From the NCBI RefSeq assembly GCF_006345805.1, contig NC_043001.1, forward strand, positions 34,100,001 through 34,164,000: 64,000 bases of DNA. The letters are read 5' to 3'. Both the position numbers and the translations under genes were made by a program. The DNA is from Octopus sinensis (Eukaryota). The notes under the pieces are model-generated. The model was given only the letters and a program-made list of their open reading frames with translations, was not told the origin of the DNA and did not search any database. Positions 11,730-24,169 of the stretch are shown here, piece after piece (the first letter of the stretch is position 1; each line of letters starts with the position of its first letter).

Positions 11730-12203
11730 CTAGCAGTATTGCCCGGCTTTGCAAAATGGTCACATTTAATTCAAAGCGTTAAAAATGTTATGAAAACAAT
11801 TGGTATGTGTTCACAAAGTCCAAACGATTAATACGAAAAAACCCTCCCGGCTACATCCCGAAAATTCATTTCTTTGCCGAATTTCTACGATGTTTACGAC
11901 GATTCTTGATGTCTTATTTTTCATGCAATTTACGCATGCTTGCACGCATGGTGAACACAGTTCACGTCAAACAGCTGACTGAGTAATGTTCACTATTCAA
12001 TGCATGGGATAAGGCCTAAACAAACACATTATTGATTTTTGCACTTGCGAGATGAATTTCGGAACAGAAATAGCGCAGTTCAGTTTTCATTCGCCTAAAC
12101 TTTAAGTGACCCATTTTTTGTGGTTCTACGATTTGTTGGCTAGGAGGAGATGTGCCAGAAAGTTAAACACACAGACACACAAGTTGAGTTTTATATATAT
12201 AGA
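11730..12203 (-). mobile_element. Non-autonomous Helitron
   Basis: Minus strand A|TCTATATATATAAAAC ... GCCGGGCAATACTGCTAG|T: TC start, CTAG end, inserted between A and T. Confidence 0.8.
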
Positions 12204-13125
12204 TTAAGACTGAGCACCAGCTGGAGATATAATCTCATAGCAATCAGGAGAGCGGAATATTCTAAGATATATCTACGGAGAAGTTGAACTTACAACTTCA
12301 AACTGATAAAACAGCCGTCAGTTTACAGTGCTCTTCTCTCTCTCTCTCCGATGAGCTCTATCGCTTCCTGCTGTGTTATTAATTTACTGTTAAGTTAGAA
12401 GAACATGGTCGTTGCGAATTAAATACTAACGACAGATTACAAACCACCCGTGCCGTTGTTTAACCCCCTGATCTATTAGAAGTCATATGATCAAAGGCAT
12501 TCCAGCCATGAACATCCACCTTATTCTTTACGGGTATAAAACATCATGACTACATTATTTAATATATTTTTAAAGATGATAATGTTAATTTGTAAAAGAT
12601 TCGGCTGTTCTTTCTGGTAAGACTACGCAGAAGCTCCCTTGTTGGTAGTCCAGCACCTTATTAAGTGCATCGACTCGGTAATCTCAATAGCGTAGTGGAA
12701 GGTGTAGTGGGGGCAGCACATTTAGGTCTGAAGTATAAGCCTATGTAGGCTGTGAGAGCTGAAGAGGGGTGATAAACTCAAGGGCTGTCCAGGGATATAC
12801 ACACTCTAGCTTCGCAGTTTCATATCTGAGACCGGGCGCTGTAAGTGTTTATTGAGCGAAAACACCTAAAGCTCCGCGAGGCTCCGGCAAGGGGTGGTGG
12901 CGAATTCTGCCGTACTCTTTCACTACAGCTTTCTCTCACTCTTTCTTCCTGTTTCTGTTGTACCTGTTGTACCAGCCTTGCCACACTCTGTGTCATGCTG
13001 AATGTCCCCGAGAACTACGTTAAGGGTACACTTGCACGTTAATTTCGCGAGCAGGCTGTTCCGCTGATCGGATCAACTGGAACCTTCGTCGTCGTAACTG
13101 ACGGAGTGCCAAGAATATATATATA

Positions 13126-13188
<63 letters not shown>

Positions 13189-13463
13189 TTATATAATATA
13201 TATATACATGTATACACACTTATGTAATATATATATTTTATTTGTTTCAGTCATTTTACTGCACCCATGCTGGAGCACCACTTTTTAGCCGAACAAATCA
13301 ACCCCAGGACTTATTCTTTGTAAGCCTAGTACTTATTCTATCAGTCTCTTTTGCTGAACCGCTAGGTTACGGGAACGTAAACACACAAACTTCAGTTATC
13401 AAGCGATGATGGTGTGGGGGGACATACACAGACACACAGACACACAGACACATAGACACAGAC

Positions 13464-13500
<37 letters not shown>

Positions 13501-13702
13501 TACACACACACACACAGATATATATACGACAGGATTCTTTCAGTTTCCGTCTACCAAATCCACTCACAAGCTATGGTCGGCCTGAGGCTATAGTAGAAGA
13601 CACTTGTCCAAGGTGCTACGCAGTGGGACTGAACCCGGAGCAAGCTACTTACCGCACAACCACTCCTGCGCCTATAAGCTACTCCGCCTATGGCCATTCC
13701 TG

Positions 13703-13770
<68 letters not shown>

Positions 13771-13919
13771 TATATATATATATATATATGTAACGCATAA
13801 ACAGAGCCTGAAAGATAGCATGAAACTATTAGTAGCTTTTTCGGTTGAGCTTTTAAATTGATATTCATCTCTCACCGAATGGAGTACATTTTGTTGATTC
13901 TACATCTATTAGATCTTTA

Positions 13920-13950
<31 letters not shown>

Positions 13951-13998
13951 TGTATGTATGTATGTATGTATGTATGTATGTATGTAGGTATGTATATA

Positions 13999-14034
<36 letters not shown>

Positions 14035-14075
14035 TGTATGTATGTATGTATGTATGTATGTATGTATGTATGTAC
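13920..14075. repeat. (TATG)n microsatellite
   Basis: Direct reading. Confidence 0.95.
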
Positions 14076-14154
14076 GTATATAGCTGTGTGTTCCCTCTCA
14101 CGTTACGACTGTGTACGTGTGTGGGTTAATAAATATACAATAAACATACTTTAC

Positions 14155-14367
14155 CTAGTTTTACTTGTTCGTCTTCGCAGATATAGCGAGCGTGTCTTCT
14201 CCGCCCAGCTCCAAGCCATTTGTCACCCCAAACAAGCGCTCGCATATAATGCACGGAATGATTATATCTCCAGGGTATGTTGATAACAGTATCAATTGCT
14301 TCACAGCCGTGTACCCAGAACCAATCAGAACCCAGTCGCTCTGCACCAATCCAGTGTGTCCCGATAA
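14155..14367 (-). CDS. Exon encoding the C-terminal half of a C-type lectin-like domain
   Basis: Acceptor TTTATAG, donor AG|GTAAAG; 213 bp, phase 1-1; VIGTHWIGAERLGSDWFWVHG...ARYICED contains the WIG, WxW and terminal ICE motifs. Confidence 0.85.
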
Positions 14368-14584
14368 CTATAAACATTGGCACCGGCGGGAAAGATAAAA
14401 TGACAAACAAAGAAATATATATAAAGATATGTATATACATTATTGAGATGATAAACACATGCACATATAAGTTAAAGCCAATGTTTTCCAACATGAATTT
14501 CATTCTCTACGTGTTGGTCACGAAGACCAAATATTTTATGGAAAGAGTAATTGTGATGTACGCATCTTTCATAATGGTGACAGA

Positions 14585-14925
14585 AGAGTAAAGGTTAAGA
14601 CTACCTTTGATCGTGAAGGATCATTGGATTGAATCTAGAAAGTTACCCTCCGAGCCACAAGTTTAGGCAAGGTTGTTTATAAAAGGCCAGCAGTCGCCCA
14701 TGCATATCAGTTTCCCCTCTCCACGTCACTGATGTTACTCAAATGAAAGGCAAAGGCCGATGCAGCTTGGCACCTGTGACGTCGCAACTCATTTCTACAG
14801 CTGAGTGAACTGGAGCTACGTGAAATAAAGTGTCTTGCTCAAGAACACAACACGCAGCCCGGTTCGGGAATCGAACTCACGACCGTAAGCTCAACGCTCT
14901 AACCACTGAGCCATGCACCTTCGGT
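14585..14925 (-). mobile_element. tRNA-derived SINE, family B (others 18792-19125 +, 41682-41925 -, 47780-48075 +, 56945-57278 -)
   Basis: GGTGCATGGCTCAGTGGTTAGAGCG...GAGTTCGATTCCCG head, then GTGTTCTTGAGCAAGACACTTTATTTCACG...CCAGTTCACTCAGCTGTAGAAATGAG. Confidence 0.85.
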
Positions 14926-15493
14926 AGAAGAGTAAATATAGTGAATATAACTTTGAAAATAAAGGAGTTTCTCGACTATTAGTTACAACTTCTATATTTC
15001 TATTTACATAAAAATTCGACTTATTCAATCTACGATCGCCACAATATGCTCTATTTCTGAATATATACTTTCGTTGGGTTACTTGTATAGCGGCAACGCG
15101 AAACTCTGAGTTGCAAAGTAGTGACATCATATATTCACACACACACACACACACACACATTTACACATATGCATACACACATTCATATACCTTCCACTAT
15201 CTTCAAACAAATAGCTCATCACATTGCAAACCAATCCAAGTGATTTAAAACCATAGTTTAATTAAAAATATTACTAAAAGACTCACTTTACTCTAAATTT
15301 CTATCGATACATGCCTCCAACATATCGAGAAATAACAGACTCCCTATATTTCAAATCAGTCATTTTTACCATCAACTACAAATCCTTCCAGTACACACCT
15401 ATAGTATGAGATATCCTTTTACACATATACATATAACCTTACCCCTTTTTCACAGACTGACGAATTGTAAGAAGAAAGTGACAGTAACTTAAT

Positions 15494-15525
<32 letters not shown>

Positions 15526-15549
15526 TGTATGTATGTATGTCTCTTCTAT

Positions 15550-15960
15550 TTTTTTAATTATTATAAATCTTCCACTGAGGAGGGAGCCAGCTTCCAATAA
15601 AGATACAAGGTTCCATCATTGGGATGTAGTTAACGCAGGCAAATTCACATTTGGAACTTGAGAAAAGTCTTGCATATTTTTACTGTTCCACTCATAGATT
15701 GGACTTGTACGAATCAGTCCGGTCGATTTCTCTTCCTGAAAATCCCAATTTATCCAGATACTCCTTTAAGCATTTACTAACAAAACCTAGTGCTCCAATT
15801 ATTATTGGTATGAATATGACTTCATAGTCTGGATATAGAAGCTGGAGGTTTCGAAGCAGTTATCCATAGATATCATCTTTTTTTTTATGCTATTGAAAGA
15901 GATATCTATATTTGTAGGGCAGCTAACCTCTATGATGGTACATACCTTTGTCATTATTCA
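15550..15960 (-). mobile_element. 3' fragment of another RLE-type non-LTR retrotransposon family
   Basis: Minus frames: TIIEVSCP...LLYPDYEVIFIPIIIGALGFVSKCLKEYLDKLGF...GTVKICKTFLKF*. Confidence 0.7.
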
Positions 15961-16038
15961 GTCTTATTTCAAGATAAAGAGTTTTATTTCAAGATATTTC
16001 AATAGAGAAAGATTCAGTTTCTAACCTAGATCCATACA

Positions 16039-16099
<61 letters not shown>

Positions 16100-16100
<1 letters not shown>

Positions 16101-16670
16101 CTCTATATAAAGCTGAAGTTGTCTGTGTGCGGCAGGTTTGGTAGCCTTCAACTAACACTATCTCCTCCGAGACCCTGCGGCGCAAGTTGACCAAAATTGA
16201 GAGTATGATAGAAAGAAGGGTTGCTCTTCCTTCCGTAGAAGATAAAATTCAAATCGGACCATGTTAACACCAAAAATTATTTACATCAAAAAGATGCTTT
16301 TTTCTATGAAAATCCCTATTTTTTACGATTTTTTCACTGCTGTGTCACCACTTCATCGGAATTTCAACATCAACAACAGGGTATTTTTGTCTGTCTGTCT
16401 GTTTCTCTGTATGTATGTGTGTGTGTGTTTATGTATGTATGTATGTATGTATGTATGTATGTGTATGTATGTATGTATGTATGTATACGTGCAGATTTGT
16501 ATGTTTTGTTTTATGTATGTCTTCTCATGCATATACTTGCATATCTAGACATGCTCATATATAATTAAATGATAAACTTTTGGAAAGTTTTACACATTTT
16601 TACAATTCCAGTGATGGCTTGGATCTGTAGTCTTCGTAACAACTATCTCCTTTTTTGATTTTGAGATGTA
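16100..16670 (+). mobile_element. Helitron-like non-autonomous element (5' end clear, 3' end not seen)
   Basis: A|TCTCTATATAAAGCTGAAGTTGTCTGTGTG start of the same style as 12203 and 50358. Confidence 0.5.
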
Positions 16671-17009
16671 TGTATGTATGTATGTATGTATGTATGTATG
16701 TATGTATGTATGTCACCATGATAGATCGTTAGCCACTACACACATTTTTCTCTCTCCTTGTTTTTTCTGTGTCCCTTTCTGTAGAAGAGCGTAGGCTCGA
16801 AACGTAAAAGACTTTTTCTATTCCTGAGCGTTATACTAATACATCTGTTTGTTTTGTACACCACCTGTCTTCGTCTTTTGTTTATTTTCGTAAGCTCTCC
16901 CTATATATGTATGTATATATGTATGCATGCATGTGTGTATGTCTGTGTGTCGGCACGTGCGTGTGTGTGTGCGCATGTGTGAATATAGAAAGTACTTTTC
17001 TTTACTAAC

Positions 17010-17210
17010 CCTTCGTAATTTTTTCAGCGACGTACCGTCGTTCATATTCACTCTCAGTGAACAACAAATGAAGCCCAGCATCTTCACATTTCTTTTTGGC
17101 AGAATGGTAAGGCAGCAGTTTTCTCGACGAGTTGAATGCATAATAGCAAGTATGAGTTGTTTTGTCGAAGAATATTCGATCAGCCACCTTCATCTTATCA
17201 CAATTCGCAT
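17010..17210 (-). CDS. Exon encoding the N-terminal half of a C-type lectin-like domain
   Basis: Acceptor TTATTGCAG, donor G|GTTAGT; 201 bp, phase 1-1, in frame with the 14367 exon; NCDKMK...HTCYYAF...HSAKKKCEDAGLHLLFTESEYERRYV. Confidence 0.85.
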
Positions 17211-17536
17211 CTGCAATAACAAGTATTTTTTGTTATACAAGCAATAAAAACGAGCGGTAGATTAGCAATATTTGATGGAGCAGCAGACAAAACAACTTGC
17301 AATATTCGGCGTGAATTTACCAAAGTGCAGCCTTCTTAACTTTATTAAACTTCATGAACATCTTAACCATAACATCCTGACAACACAAAATTCACTTACG
17401 ATTACAATCCACCCGTTACATTTACCAACCATTAGAGGTTAAATCCATAACATTGCCCTCAAAATATTGTCACGTTGTGCCAGTTTTTGAAATCCTTTAT
17501 GATATACAGAACAAACTTTTGCATCAAATAATAATA

Positions 17537-18031
17537 CCGTAAATCCGCATTTTCCCCCCAAAATTTAATGGTCAAAATCCCTGGTGCGTTTTATATACGA
17601 GGTTAAAAATGAAAATTATTTTCTAAGCAATGTTCGAGTCTCTATTCGCTTTCCGGCAATGTTTATTCAGACGCATTTTGTGATGTCGGGCGCGAAAATA
17701 CCTTAAGCTAAGCATGAAAGCAATGAAGTCTTAAAAGAATCATCCATAACTTGCAGTAACATTTATTAAACGTTATTACTGTTATTTCTTTATTTTCTGC
17801 AAACAAAATGCACAAAAATGCTACACGTTTACATTATGTTATTTATACAATAATAATAAAGGACGCTACCGTATAAATTTTTACAAACCAAGGAGGTTAT
17901 ATAGACCTCCTTGACTCAAGTTAGAGAAGGGGTGCGTATTATACACAAAGTTTAGGTTTTTCAGAGGTACAGTCCCCTAAAAATCCCCTGCGTATTATAC
18001 TCAAGGGTGGACTATACTCGAGGATTTACGG
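17537..18031. mobile_element. Tc1/pogo-type MITE
   Basis: TA|CCGTAAATCC ... GGATTTACGG|TA terminal inverted repeats with TA TSD. Confidence 0.75.
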
Positions 18032-19334
18032 TATATCTTACATTATTAACATAACAAGCTTATGGCATTTAAGCCAATCTCTAAATGATTTTAAATTGTG
18101 TTACATGGCCAGCAATTTCGAGGTCAACAATTTGGAACCCAGTACTCAACTGACACTTATTCTATGGAATCCAAAAGGATGAAATGTAAAGTCAAATTCG
18201 GCGGAATTTGAACTCAGAACGTAGCGGCAGACGAAATGCCGCCAAGCATTTCGCCAGGTGTGCTAACAATTCTCCCAGCTTGCCTCCTTGAGCCAACCAC
18301 TCTCTTATTAGTTATTGGAATTAGGTGGACTTGTAAATAATATAGAATTATTCCTCCTTTCACTAAATATTTTAACATTTTGAAGAGAAAATAAATGATA
18401 GAATAAGAACGTAATGAACAACAAAGTTTAGTGGTAATATTTGAACTTAACAACGACCTATCACCAAATAACATCCAGTCTGTTTGATGCTTTTCTCATT
18501 GAGCCACTTAGCCGCCCACAAAAACAAGAATATTGATTCTTCACAACATTAGGCACAGAGTCACGAAGTCGGTTGTATTTTACTTACACTTTATATTTTT
18601 GATCTGGAAGTATTTCTCAGCCATTTTTCTTACCCACCTTTCATTCCTATTTTTCTTATTTACCTATTTGACTCTGATGGAGTCTCCTAGTCATTCAATG
18701 TTTAAAAAAATCCCATTATATTTTTATAATTAATTATCATTAGGAATTGTATAAATAATTGTTAAAATATTTCGTCTATTGTAGAAGTGTGAAGGCGCAT
18801 GGCTCAGTGGTTAGAGTGTCGCGCTTACGATCGTGAGGTTGAGTTCGATTCCTGGACCAGGCTGCGTGTTGTGTTCTTGAGCAAGACACTTTATTTTACG
18901 TTGCTCCAGTTAACTCAGCTGTAGAAATGAGTTGCGACATCACTGGTGCCAAGCTGTATCGGCCCCTTTGCCTTTCCCTTGGATAACACTGGTGGCGTGG
19001 AGAGGGGAGGCTGGTATGCGTGGGCGACTGCTGGCCTTCCATAAACAACAATGCCCGGAATTGTGCCTCAGAGGGTAACATTCTAGGTGCAATCCCATGG
19101 TCATTCATGACCGAAGCGGGGTGGTCTCCTCCTATTGTAGAAGTAGAATCAATTTATTGCAGATAAATTTTAATAACAAATTCTCAAATGGACCCCCACC
19201 CAAGGGCCATATGGATTCTGGTTTGGAACCACTGATTTAGGAGAACGACCTCAGCATTTAATCCATTCATCATCCGCTTATTTTGTCACTCCACCGCGCT
19301 CCTCTAAAACAACGCTATTTCAATAAGTAATGTT

Positions 19335-19669
19335 AGTTCGTTTTGGGATTTGGTTTGCAAGATTCTTAATATGAGTTCGTGTGTTGAAGCATATTCTGTT
19401 GTGTCTGGGGAGAGTCATTTTCTTTTTGTGCCTTATAATATAACACACTCACCGGTAAAATTTCCACTTATTTCTTATTTTTATTTTCCTAAAAGTTTCG
19501 TTGCGTCTTGCAACTTTTTCAATAGTCTTGACTCTTCACGTTGTTAGTTCAAATTCCGCCGAGTCAAGACTACTGAAAAGGTTGCAAGACGCAACGAAAA
19601 TTTTAGGAAATAAAAAAAAAAAAAGAAATAAGTGGAAATTTTACCGGTGAGTGTGTTACATTATAAGGC
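19335..19669. mobile_element. Penelope-like non-autonomous insertion with inverted partial duplication and 15-bp TSD
   Basis: TCAATAAGTAATGTT at 19320-19334 and 19670-19684; arms 19430-19534 / 19561-19669 are reverse complements. Confidence 0.7.
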
Positions 19670-20860
19670 TCAATAAGTAATGTTTTATAACTACTAAATC
19701 CGCATATCATGTTAGTGTCAGAATTAGTCGAAACAGTAAATATCTATTTACACCAAGTCTTACGAAACTGGAGAGAACAGAAAAATTTTGTTTTTAGTTG
19801 ATGGGATACGAATCATGCACTTGTTTTCGACAAGTAAATAAATATTTTGAAACCGTGTCAATATGTCTGGCTGCGTGCAACTGTCAAAGGAGTGAAAATC
19901 TAGGATGAACGTCCGATTTACAGAAAGAACAGAAACATTATGCATTCCCAACTGCTCAACAGATAGTCAACAACACTGAGTTAACATCAACAAGCCAACA
20001 AGTCGTGCTTATAGCTGTCTAAGTCAACCCTGTCCTCACCAATATTTATATAAATGACAGTATACTTACAAGAATTCAATGAACGAGACTAGCTGTTATT
20101 TGCATCAACAGGAGTTGACTGAGTAAAACTTATTTTTATATATGTTAGCTAATATCATAGTTTAGAGAGATCAGGTTTTAGCTTTAAGAGTTGGGACATT
20201 GCAATAGCGCTTAAATAGAATTTTAGACGAACTTATCGACCTCAGTAATAATTATTTCTCTGTAAAGCCTGATACTTATTCTGTCGGTCACTTTTGCCGA
20301 ATTACTAGATTACAGGGACGTAAATACACCAGCACCGGTTGTCGAGCGGTCGTGGGGGATGAACATGCACACGAATGCCCCCCACCTCCACATACACAAA
20401 CACACACACGACGGTTTTCCTTCAGTTTCCATCTACCAAATCCACTCACAAGACTTTGGTCAGCCCGAGGCTATAGAAGAAGACACCCGCTCAAAGTGCC
20501 ACACCGTACGATTGAACACGGAACCATGTAGTTGAGAAACAAACGCGCCTGCACCTATAATTAATAGCGACAGAGGCAGTATTAATAACTAAAAGTAATA
20601 TTTTATCTCCAGCTTAACGTGGAGGTTGTGTTAGAACACAAAATACTGAGTTCCTTCCCTTGAGAAGATCTCGCTTAAGAATACGTGGAGTATAAAACAC
20701 ACACACAATCATACCGTTGACGGACTAGAATCGTCTGCCGCGGCCTCCAGAACTGCCAGATCACGTGATTTCATCCTGTTATGGATTCCTCAGTGGCACC
20801 CAACAGTGCGATAACAACCAAATCTCTCTCTTTCTCCTTTTCCTTCTCCTCGTCGTCGTT

Positions 20861-20903
<43 letters not shown>

Positions 20904-20989
20904 GAAGAAGAAGAAGAAGAAGAAGAAGAAAAGAAGAACAAAAGATATAATCTCTTTAAATCTGGGAGGAAAACAAAAAAATTAATCTC

Positions 20990-21290
20990 TTTAAATTTAG
21001 AAGAAAAACCAAAAAATACAATCCCTTAAAATTTGAAATACGAAGAATTTGGAGCATTCGTGACTATAATAAATGGTGCATTGGAAACAGTAAGCCATTG
21101 AAATAGAATGCCCAGCAGAGCTTCTATGGAAAGTTTATCTCTTAAGGACTGCAAGGATTATCAGGAGGGTTCTGAACACTTGAAAGACTACTGAAAACTT
21201 GTGGATACCTAAGGTTACAGCTAGTAACTCGATATTCACATAATTCCTTCCAGGAATAAGACCGAACCTGGGACAAACCAAAATAGTAGT
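20990..21290 (+). mobile_element. 3' fragment of an RLE-type non-LTR retrotransposon
   Basis: KYNPLKFEIRRIWS..., INGALETV, LLRTARIIRRVLNT*; followed by (TAG)n(TAA)n. Confidence 0.55.
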
Positions 21291-21834
21291 AGTAGTAGTA
21301 GTATTAGTAGTAGTAGTAGTAGTAGTAGTAGTAATAATAATAATAAAAACCTTATTCAGGGACTTTTTGAGCTGGATGGGCTACTCGACTTGCAGAAAAT
21401 TCTATGTAGGCCCCACCTGCAAGGTCAAGCGCTGCTTATCTTAATATGAGATACCCTTGTCGCGTACATATGGTTGTGATGTATGTGCCTGGTATACCTA
21501 TTTCTTTATTACCCACAAGGGGCCAAACATAGAGGGGACAAACAAGGACAGACATAGGTATTAAGTCGATTACATCGACCCCAGTGCGTAAGTGGTACTT
21601 AATTTATCGACCCCGAAAGGATGAAAGGCAAAGTCGACCTCGGCGGAATTTGAACTCACAACGTAACGACAGACGAAATACCGCTAAGCATTTCGCCCGG
21701 CGCGCTAACGTTTCTGCCAGCTCGCCGCCTTATGCCAGCTCGCACCCTTATCAGACGGGTAGTCATGATGGGTATATTGGGCTTCGTATATTTCTACCCC
21801 AGTGTTACTTTGATGGCATGCACTGCTCTCTCTC

Positions 21835-21882
<48 letters not shown>

Positions 21883-21883
<1 letters not shown>

Positions 21884-22311
21884 TGAGCAAATATAAAGAT
21901 CTTGAAATAGAAATCAGCAAAATGTGGAAGCTGAAGACTAAAACAATACCTGTTGTCATAGGTGCCCTGGGAATGATAGCAAAAGGCGCTGATAGCTACC
22001 TAACTCAGATACCAGGAAACCCCAAAATGACAGAAATTCAAAAGATAGTGCTCATGGGAACTGCTCATATCCTACGCAAAATACTCTCTATGTAATCTCA
22101 AGGTTTAAAACAAACATAATTTTCGGTTTAAAAAAAAAAAAAAAAAAAAAAACTTTTTTTTTAGACATTCATTAGTACAACATCCCCACCCCCAAATATA
22201 TGGCACACTAGGCATAACAACAACATGGACTTCCAACCCTGTTGTCTCTTGAGGTCTCTGGGTGAGACTTGGAGCCAACTTGTACAAATATAAAGCAAAA
22301 GTCAAACATAG
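21883..22311 (+). mobile_element. 5'-truncated R4/Dong-like element inserted in (TAA)n
   Basis: MSKYKDLEIEISKMWKLKTKTIPVVIGALGMI...TAHILRKILSM*, 3' UTR ending AAACATAG then (AAT)n. Confidence 0.85.
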
Positions 22312-22545
22312 AATAATAATAATAATATTTTCTACTATAGGCACAAAGTTTGAAAATTTGGGGGAGGGGACTGGTCGATTACATCGACCCCAGTACTCAA
22401 CTATTACTTCATTTTTCGACCTCGAAAGGATGAAAAGCAAAGTCAACCTCGGCGGAATTTGAACTCAGAACGTAGCGATGGGCAAAATACCGCTGAGCAT
22501 TTCGCCCAGCCTCGCCGCTTAATAATAATAATAATAATAATAATA

Positions 22546-22583
<38 letters not shown>

Positions 22584-22593
22584 TAATAATAAT

Positions 22594-23151
22594 AAATGCC
22601 CTGATGCAGCACCAGGCTGTGACTCTCATGGCTTTTGATCTTAACTGATTGGAAGTGTTATCATGTACATTGTTTTATCTTGGTATAAAAGATGAGCTAC
22701 AGCAAATATTCTGCTCAATACCACAGATTTGCTTGTCAGTTGTTTGACCTTAACCAGTTGAGCATGTCCCTTGGTGGCTGACGATATGTGCATCTCTGAT
22801 CACGAACAGAAGTTGTGGGGGAGCATCATAGCCATGTGTTGAGAGGGATTCTTTGGGGTTTGAATAGTTCACCTCTGGAAACATGGGTGTTTCTTTCATC
22901 ATCCTTAAACAACCCTTATTCAGGGACCTTTTGAGCGGGATGGGCTACTCAACCTGAAGAAAATTCTAACTGGGCCCCACCTGCAAGGTCATGTGCTGTT
23001 TATCTTGATATGAGATAACCATGTCGCGCACATATGGTTGTGATGCATGTGCCTGGTGTACCCTTATCAGACGGGTAGTCATGATGGGTATATTGGGCTT
23101 CGTATATTTTACCCCAGTGTCACTTTGATGGCATGAACTGCTCTCTCACTC
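22594..23151 (+). mobile_element. ~560-bp non-coding TAA-flanked element, full-length copy 1 (strand given relative to the co-oriented LINEs)
   Basis: AAATGCCCTGATGCAG...CTCTCTCACTC between (AAT)n tracts; repeated at 23200-23759, 30325-31186 and 31380-31934, partial at ~21340-21840 and 3830-3955. Confidence 0.85.
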
Positions 23152-23199
23152 AATAATAATAATAATAATAATAATAATGATGATGATGATGATGATAAT

Positions 23200-23759
23200 A
23201 AATGCCCTGATGCAGTACCAGACTGTGACTCTCATGGCTTTTGATCTTAACTGATTGGAAGTGTTATCATGTACATTGTTTTATCTTGGTATAAAAGATG
23301 GGCTACAGCCAATATTCTGCTCAATACCAAAGATTTGCTTGTCAGTTGCTTGACCTTCACCAGTTGAGCACGTCCCTTAGTGGCTGACGCTATGTGCATC
23401 TCTTATCATGAGCAGAAGTAGTGTTGGGCGGCATCATAGCCATGTGTTGAGAGGAATTCTTTGGGGGTTGAAAAATTCATCTCTGGAAACATAGGTGTTT
23501 TGCTCATCATCCTTAAACAATCCATATTCGGGAAACTTTTGAGCGGGATGAGCTGCTCAACCTGAAAAAATTCTAACTGGGCCCCACCTGCAAGGTCGTG
23601 CGCTGTATACCTTGATATAAGATTACCATGTCGCGCACATATGATTGTGATCCATGTGCCTGGTGTACCCTTATCAGATGGGTAGTCATGATGGGTATAC
23701 TGGGCTTCGCATAACTGTATCCCAGTGTCACTTTGATAGCAAGCGCTGCTAACTCACTC
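23200..23759 (+). mobile_element. ~560-bp TAA-flanked element, copy 2
   Basis: Same termini as copy 1. Confidence 0.85.
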
Positions 23760-23777
23760 AATAATAATAATGATAAT

Positions 23778-24097
23778 GGTGCTCTGGGAATGATAGCAAA
23801 AGGGGCTGATCGCTACCTAACTCATATACCAGGAAACCCCAAAATGGCAGAAATTCAAAAGATAGTGCTCATGGGAACTGCTCATATCCTACGCAAAATA
23901 CTTTCTATGTAATCTCAAGTTTTAAAACAAACATAATCTTTTTTTTTAGACATTCACTAGTACAACACTAAATACAAAACCAAATATATGGCACACTAGG
24001 CATAACAACAACACGAACTTCCAACCTGTTGTCTCTTGAGGTCTCTGGGTGAGACTTGGAGCCAACTTGTACAAATATAAAGCAAAAGTCAAACATA

Positions 24098-24098
<1 letters not shown>
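23778..24098 (+). mobile_element. 5'-truncated R4/Dong-like element
   Basis: GALGMIAKGAD...TAHILRKILSM* and the same 3' UTR as 21883-22311. Confidence 0.85.
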
Positions 24099-24168
<70 letters not shown>

Positions 24169-24169
24169 G

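Noticed and set aside
17395-17490. Perfect GTAAGT donor upstream of the first lectin exon
   Set aside because: The phase-1 frame has a stop six codons upstream, and the other phases do not join the 17210 exon
22594-22760. HDV-like ribozyme at the 5' end of the 560-bp element
   Set aside because: I could not assemble P1-P2-P3-P1.1-P4 with correct order and spacing by eye; left as a test
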